Source: Zootoca vivipara (lineage: Eukaryota). Taken from it: a DNA stretch of 64,000 bases. Within the stretch, counting starts at the first letter, position 1, and every line of letters starts with the position of its first letter. A program made the translations under genes and the position numbers. Shown here one piece after another: positions 56,493-64,000 of this stretch. The stretch covers positions 44,454,001 to 44,518,000 of the forward strand of contig NC_083281.1 of the NCBI RefSeq assembly GCF_963506605.1, in the 5' to 3' direction. A model generated the notes under the pieces. That model had not been told where the DNA came from and did not search any database. It saw only the letters and a list, made by a program, of their open reading frames with translations.

Positions 56493-58642
56493 ATAGCCTA
56501 CTGTCCAAAGGGAATAATCATACAGTATATTCCTGTGCCTACTTTCCTGTAGGGCCCTGCCCAGCAGAGGCATATGACACCTAGAAATTTGCCCATGAGG
56601 GAATTGCAGCCCTTAGGCTAAGAAAGGTTTCCACCCCATCTTACACTGGTACCTATTATCAGTTTGTCTGAACCATCAAGTATTGCTTCTGTTTCTACCC
56701 TAATAGTGAAAAGTGAAATGGGCTGATTCAGATGCTTTGCGAATTTTCCAAAAGGTTAGATCGGACAGATCAACAAACTTCACATAAGAAGAGAAATAAA
56801 CTACCACAGGCAGATCAATGCAAACAGAAGTGAAAAGTAAGACTATGGAGTGGGGTTGGCACAGTGAAAATCAAGCTTTATAAATTCTGGCTTTTAAAGC
56901 ACTTAACAGATTGCAGCCTGTTTTGGCATAACTTATTCCTCCCTGAGAGTTCTTTGAAATGACTCCTACGCGGGAATACATGTGAAAAGTGTTAATGTCG
57001 GATGGGAGCCCCTTGTGGGTTTTCTGGAAGATAACTGTGATTAGGATATCAGATTTCTGCCAGCTGCTGCTGGTAAGTCTTTCCTCTGAAATCTGCAAGG
57101 GTTTCAACTACAACACTGAGCTGGCTTCTATAGGAGGTCTGGAACTTCAGGAGCCAGGCCCAAAGCACAGCCCTTCTCTACAGCAATATTTTCTAGATTT
57201 CTAGCTTTTCCCTGAACCTTAAGCTTGAAATATATACAAAGTACAAAGCACCCACTTGGGATCAAAGCTTAAATTGAATGATCAGATCCCACTCCTGTAA
57301 TTTGTTTTAAGGCTAGCTCATTTGAAAGACCACATGGCATTTCTATGTATAGTTAGTTTTTATCTGAGTTTATCTCTATTTTATTTGTTAAACTTGCTGT
57401 ACATAGCTTAGAGACAATTGTCACTAAGTAGAATATAAATTGTCAACAACATATAAATAAATTTCAGAGACTTGAACTTGAGGAGCTTTCAAGGAAAGGG
57501 GAGTAGCACTGATGCTTCAGGGTCTTTTGCTCATAATAATACAAATACCTTATATAACACTTATTTCAAAATACTCTAACTTCATGTTTAGCTGACTCAT
57601 CCTTATAACAGACCTGTAAGATAGGCATGTATTAAGATCATAAAAATCACAATCAATATCCCCATAATATATCTGGACTAGGGCTTGTCTAAAGCCACTC
57701 TGTGAGCCAGTGATCAGAGCTTAAATTTAGAAGCAGAGACTGCTTGGCTCACAGCTCATACGGTAGTTATCTTTGTGGTCTGTGGTAGTCGGCCTGTGTC
57801 ACTTTTATGGCAATGGCCCTGGTGTCCAATGCTTCCAGGTCTTTGAGGTGACATAGCTGTGCAACTAAGCCTCCGTGGCAGAGCAGTGTTGGTTCCTGGC
57901 TCTCCCTTTCTTGCTTTAGCACAGGGCTGGGGACTCAAACAAAGCCTTTATTTGGCCCTTTGAAAAGCCCACAAGCAGTACAGGATGGTTCTAGTGCTCT
58001 CCTGCTGTTGTTCCCATGCTGCTCTTCTTCCAGTCCTGGAAGTAGGAAACAGCCATCATGACATTCCTCTTAAAGTTATCTAAGATGATAAGTGAAGGTT
58101 TTAATAGGTTTTAATAAGTTTACATTCAGATTTCATTTTTACATGGAGAAAGCAAATCATGAAGGTTTGGTAAGAAAGATTTACCTATGCTACCCCTGTT
58201 CTGTACATTTCTTGTAGTATGGATGCTAAGCTATCCTTGCAGTTAACCCTTTGTTGGAGCTGAGTAACAATGCCTTTTGTGCGATGAGCTTACCATACCA
58301 CCTCTCCAGTGATAGATAATTTCTATAAGCCACCAGCCATTACAAGCCCATAAATTGCTGTATCAAATTAAAAATTATACAATTTAAAACTCTAAGACCA
58401 TCACTGAGACCTTTATTTTAATGACAGTCACTAGAAATTTTACAGTCTTTACGGTTACCAGTGCATCTTTATGCTCAAGCAATGTATAGGTGATGGACTG
58501 GCAAATATTTTGCTTTTATCCACAAAACTGACCACAGCAAGCTTCAGTCTATTATTTTTTCACACAGGTTAATTGGAGGCTGAAATTGTTGTTGACAGTA
58601 GCCTTTTCTGGTTGTCATGATTGTGCATTCCATTCTTTCTAA

Positions 58643-60583
<1,941 letters not shown>

Positions 60584-61067
60584 TAATGAAGTGTGAACAG
60601 TATCAGAATTAGCAGTGAACAGTAATGGGTTACTGCCAGCTTTTGGGGGAAGCAAGTGCTTGAGTTGTACGGATTGCAACACTTTTAAGTACCAGGAGAG
60701 TTTCCCCACATTTTCCTTTCAATAGGGATATGTTATGTGAAGTTACTGGTAATTGTAAATTTCCTAGAGTTCTTTTCTTCCCTCCCCTCCTTCAGTGATG
60801 ACTAACAAATGGTATGTGCATTCTACCTTCAATATCTACATGTTTCAAATATTCATGCTTTAAATATTAGGATCAAAAGTTTTAGTATGAGACAGTCAGG
60901 TTGGAAAAATGATTCTGCACATAGGTTGCTTAAACCTCCCTGAAATTGGTGTGATTTTATCAGCATGAACTATGTGCTGCATTCAAGACCCATCTTTGCA
61001 AAAAGCCACCAATTCCAGAAGGCAGAATTCTGTGTTTGCCTCCCTTGTTGCATCTGTTTTCTCTTTA

Positions 61068-61200
61068 GGGAAAGAGCTGTAACTCAGTGGTAGAGCTCAC
61101 GCTTTGTGCCCATAAGGTCTCAAGTTCAGCCCCCAGATTCCCCAGGTAAGGGGAATCTCTGGTGAGCAGCTTCAAGTGATTGTAGGTAATACTGATGCAC
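61068..61200 (+). mobile_element. tRNA-derived squamate SINE head (Squam3-like)
   Basis: GCTGTAACTCAGTGGTAGAGC A-box and AAGTTCAGCCCC B-box-like sequence. Confidence 0.6.
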
Positions 61201-64000
61201 AATCTATTTCCAGTACAGAATTTGGGTTTTATTGTACTGAATTTGAAGTGTAAGTACAATCTGTCCTCTTTTCAACATTATTCCTTTCTTTACTGAATCA
61301 GCTGCCTCTTCATCTCCCCACCACACCGCCCCATTGTGTTGTAGTGGGTGGCACTGGCAGATTCATTAGGACTCCAGGCTTTCAAATAAAGGCAAACAGA
61401 ACTGCAGCTACTACATCCTTGTAAACTTCTGTTTTCCTTTCAATCAAGGCTTTAGCAGGAATGAATGTCTATAAAATTTGTGCTTTTAATGGCTCAGTAG
61501 TATTATTTGCCCCAAGGTCTTAGCCCATCAGCCTCCCTGCCCTCTTCTGTTAATCAATTGAGTGTCTTGCTGATCTGAACTTGTTTCTTAAAACATTTTT
61601 TTTACTGTTGATTGGGTAGAGGCATGCCAAATTGCATCTTGGTTAATTATGTGAATTATTTAGCAGTAATAAACTTAGATGGCTGATACAAAAAGAGGGT
61701 AGTTTCGGAAATGGCTCCCATTAGAGTAATTGATGAGGAATCGTGTAGTAGATTCCTGTCACTTGAGAGTGGGGTGAGTTTTTTCCTGGGTGGATGAGTC
61801 TTTGTATTTTGGAGGGACTTCATTTTCTCATTTTCATATCCATTTTGAAGGCAGACAGTGTGGCACTGAAGGTAGGCATACCTTCATAGGTTACTCTTGA
61901 GCTCATGGGGTGCAGCATCCAGTGAACCACTGGGGTTCCTTAGGACCCTCCCAATATGGTTAAAAAAATAGGAGAGTCCTTAACTCTCCTAGCTTCCTTC
62001 CTGTTGCACTGCTCTGAGGAAAGGCAGGACTCAGGCTGTGCTAGAGGAACACAAAGCTCTGGTGTTGCTTCAACAACAAACAGCCTGAGCCTGAGCCCTA
62101 ATTACTGAAATGAGAATACTAAATCCATTTGAAGGCCCTAACCAATCAGATACTGAAGGTTATGTCATTATATGTGTAGATCACGGAGGAGGAGCTGACC
62201 AAGAATTTAGGAGGTTGTGATCAAAATAGGATGTTCATTCCGTGATTGGAGTGGGGTCCCATCAATCAAGAAGGCATATCAGCTTGCTTAGTGTTGATCT
62301 GTAGCTGATTAACTTTTAGCTTTGTTAGGGAATAAATTTCCTTATGAATAAATTTCTATTCTTTTAATCTGTTTTTGTTGTTTTCTGGTCTTGTTTGAAT
62401 CGCTGACCTGTCCCAACAGTCTTAAATCTGAGCAGTAGCTGGAGGACCACTTGCAATCAGATGTTGTAATTAAATTAGGACCAGGCCTTCAGAGAAATTC
62501 CATACTCCTAAATTTATCCTTCCACCATGACAGAAAATGGTTGGATGTTAGGTTTGTTCATAAGGTGAGGAAGAAGCCTAATTGCCTTTTCACATGATAA
62601 AGAGTGATGGACTCTTTCCACCAGTTGAAGACTTGAGAGAAAGCTGCAGCTGGTCCTACCTCCCAAGTGAATGTAAGTCACAGTGATCTTGGGCTTACAT
62701 CCTTCTTTGTCTTCCTCTGGTTGTGGGTACGGGAGGAGGTTAGAAGCTTTAATTTTAATTTTCAGTTAACCACAGGTGGTTGTGATGGTTTAAACTGGAT
62801 AGACTATGGTTAAACTTACCTATGGTTTGTTGAAACACGTCAACTTCAAACCGTGCTTAATGAGATTTTCTCATTTCAACAAATCATAGTGAAAATTAAC
62901 CACATTGGGGGGGGGGGGTTCATATGACAGCAGTTAATTGAAAATGAAAGCAGAAGCATGTAGTTGTGCCAGAGGAAGAAGAGGGAATGCATAAGTCCAA
63001 GACTGGCTATGGCTCCACCTCATCACACTAAACCCTAGTTATAACATTATATTCTAACATAGCCTAAGGGGGGGTGGGGTGGGGGTGCAAACTCATGCCT
63101 GTTGTCTTCGCACATTATTCTTTAACTGTACTTTTAAAACATCTAAGATGTATACCTCAGAACTAGTGTGGGAAAAGCAGCCCAATGTACAGAACAAAGA
63201 GGTCCTGTTCTCAAGCAGCTGTTTTTTCTCATGCAATATTTCATTTGATTTTGTATTGACATCATTGCTACATTTCAGGTATTAGTCTGTGCTCAGTGCA
63301 ATTCCCACTTAATCTGCCTGGAATTAAGGATGACACATCCCATAAATGTGAAGTGCATTTGTAATAATAGGCACAGTGATGTTTACTGGGGCTCCTTTAG
63401 TGTTACAGTGACTCCACAATCTCTTCCGCTTTTAAATCTTTGGCTTCAGAATTGCCAGTAAGATGACAGGCTTAATGGCATTATGCAAAATCTTTATACT
63501 GAGCTGTACACTTTGGGTTATTTCCCTGTGGTTAAATCCGCAAGGAATCCATTCTACTTTTTAGCTGTTCAAAAAGTACCTTTAAAAAAAACCATACGGA
63601 GTACAGGTAACTTACTTTACTTATGCGATCACAGCTTTTCACAGGTGGGTGGGGAAGGAAGGAAGGAAGGAACACTCCATTTATTTGTTCCTCCTCCCCT
63701 CCCACACCTGTGCAAAAATGTGATTGTGAGTTTAGCCAACATTGGGAAGGAAGCACAAGGACTCTGGAACCCTTGTCCCTCCTTCCCAAAGCTTAGCAAG
63801 TGCTTAGGCTTTGAGAATGTGACAGAAGGGCTCTGGGGCATTGCCAGAGCCCCCATGCTGCCTTTCTGAAGCCAGGTACACAGCCCTTCACCTTGTAATA
63901 GGTGCTTATGCCTGATATCCTCTTGCTGGTAACAATGCATGCTTTGCCACTGTCCCCAATAGTGATCCTGTTGTGGATGAGGAGGCTGGCTTAGTGCATC

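Noticed and set aside
61068-61145. tRNA gene
   Set aside because: tRNA-like head of a SINE; degenerate B-box, no proper cloverleaf, and family body follows.

Overview
Vertebrate genomic DNA, almost certainly a squamate and probably a lacertid lizard (Sauria/POM-type SINE, young BovB LINE, squamate hAT MITEs and Penelope remnants). Six protein-coding genes were rebuilt exon by exon from splice sites and reading frames. Five are complete on the minus strand: RRAGC (7 coding exons, 448 aa), MYCBP (5 exons, 102 aa, with a U12-type intron), GJA9 (one coding exon, 441 aa), RHBDL2 (7 coding exons, 298 aa) and POLR2C (9 exons, 275 aa). NUP93 is on the plus strand, head-to-head with POLR2C; only its first two coding exons are in the window. 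Most notable observations: (1) a synteny junction in about 2.5 kb between the RRAGC-MYCBP-GJA9-RHBDL2 block (human 1p34) and POLR2C/NUP93 (human 16q); (2) GJA9 fused into the MYCBP CpG-island promoter, with no poly(A) signal of its own and a strong-Kozak uORF; (3) a BovB insertion with intact RT ORF, 13-bp TSD and a perfect 30-bp palindrome at its 5' junction; (4) Penelope pseudo-LTR remnants with a hammerhead-ribozyme core that fold back on stem II; (5) a hAT MITE family carrying the ACTACAnnTCCCA (ZNF143/THAP11) motif, with one copy in the RRAGC promoter; (6) a 101-bp intronic hairpin in MYCBP. I did not find a wholly new gene system; the findings are structural, regulatory and evolutionary hypotheses. 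Comparisons with human proteins, exon sizes, gene order and repeat families are from recall, not from searches.
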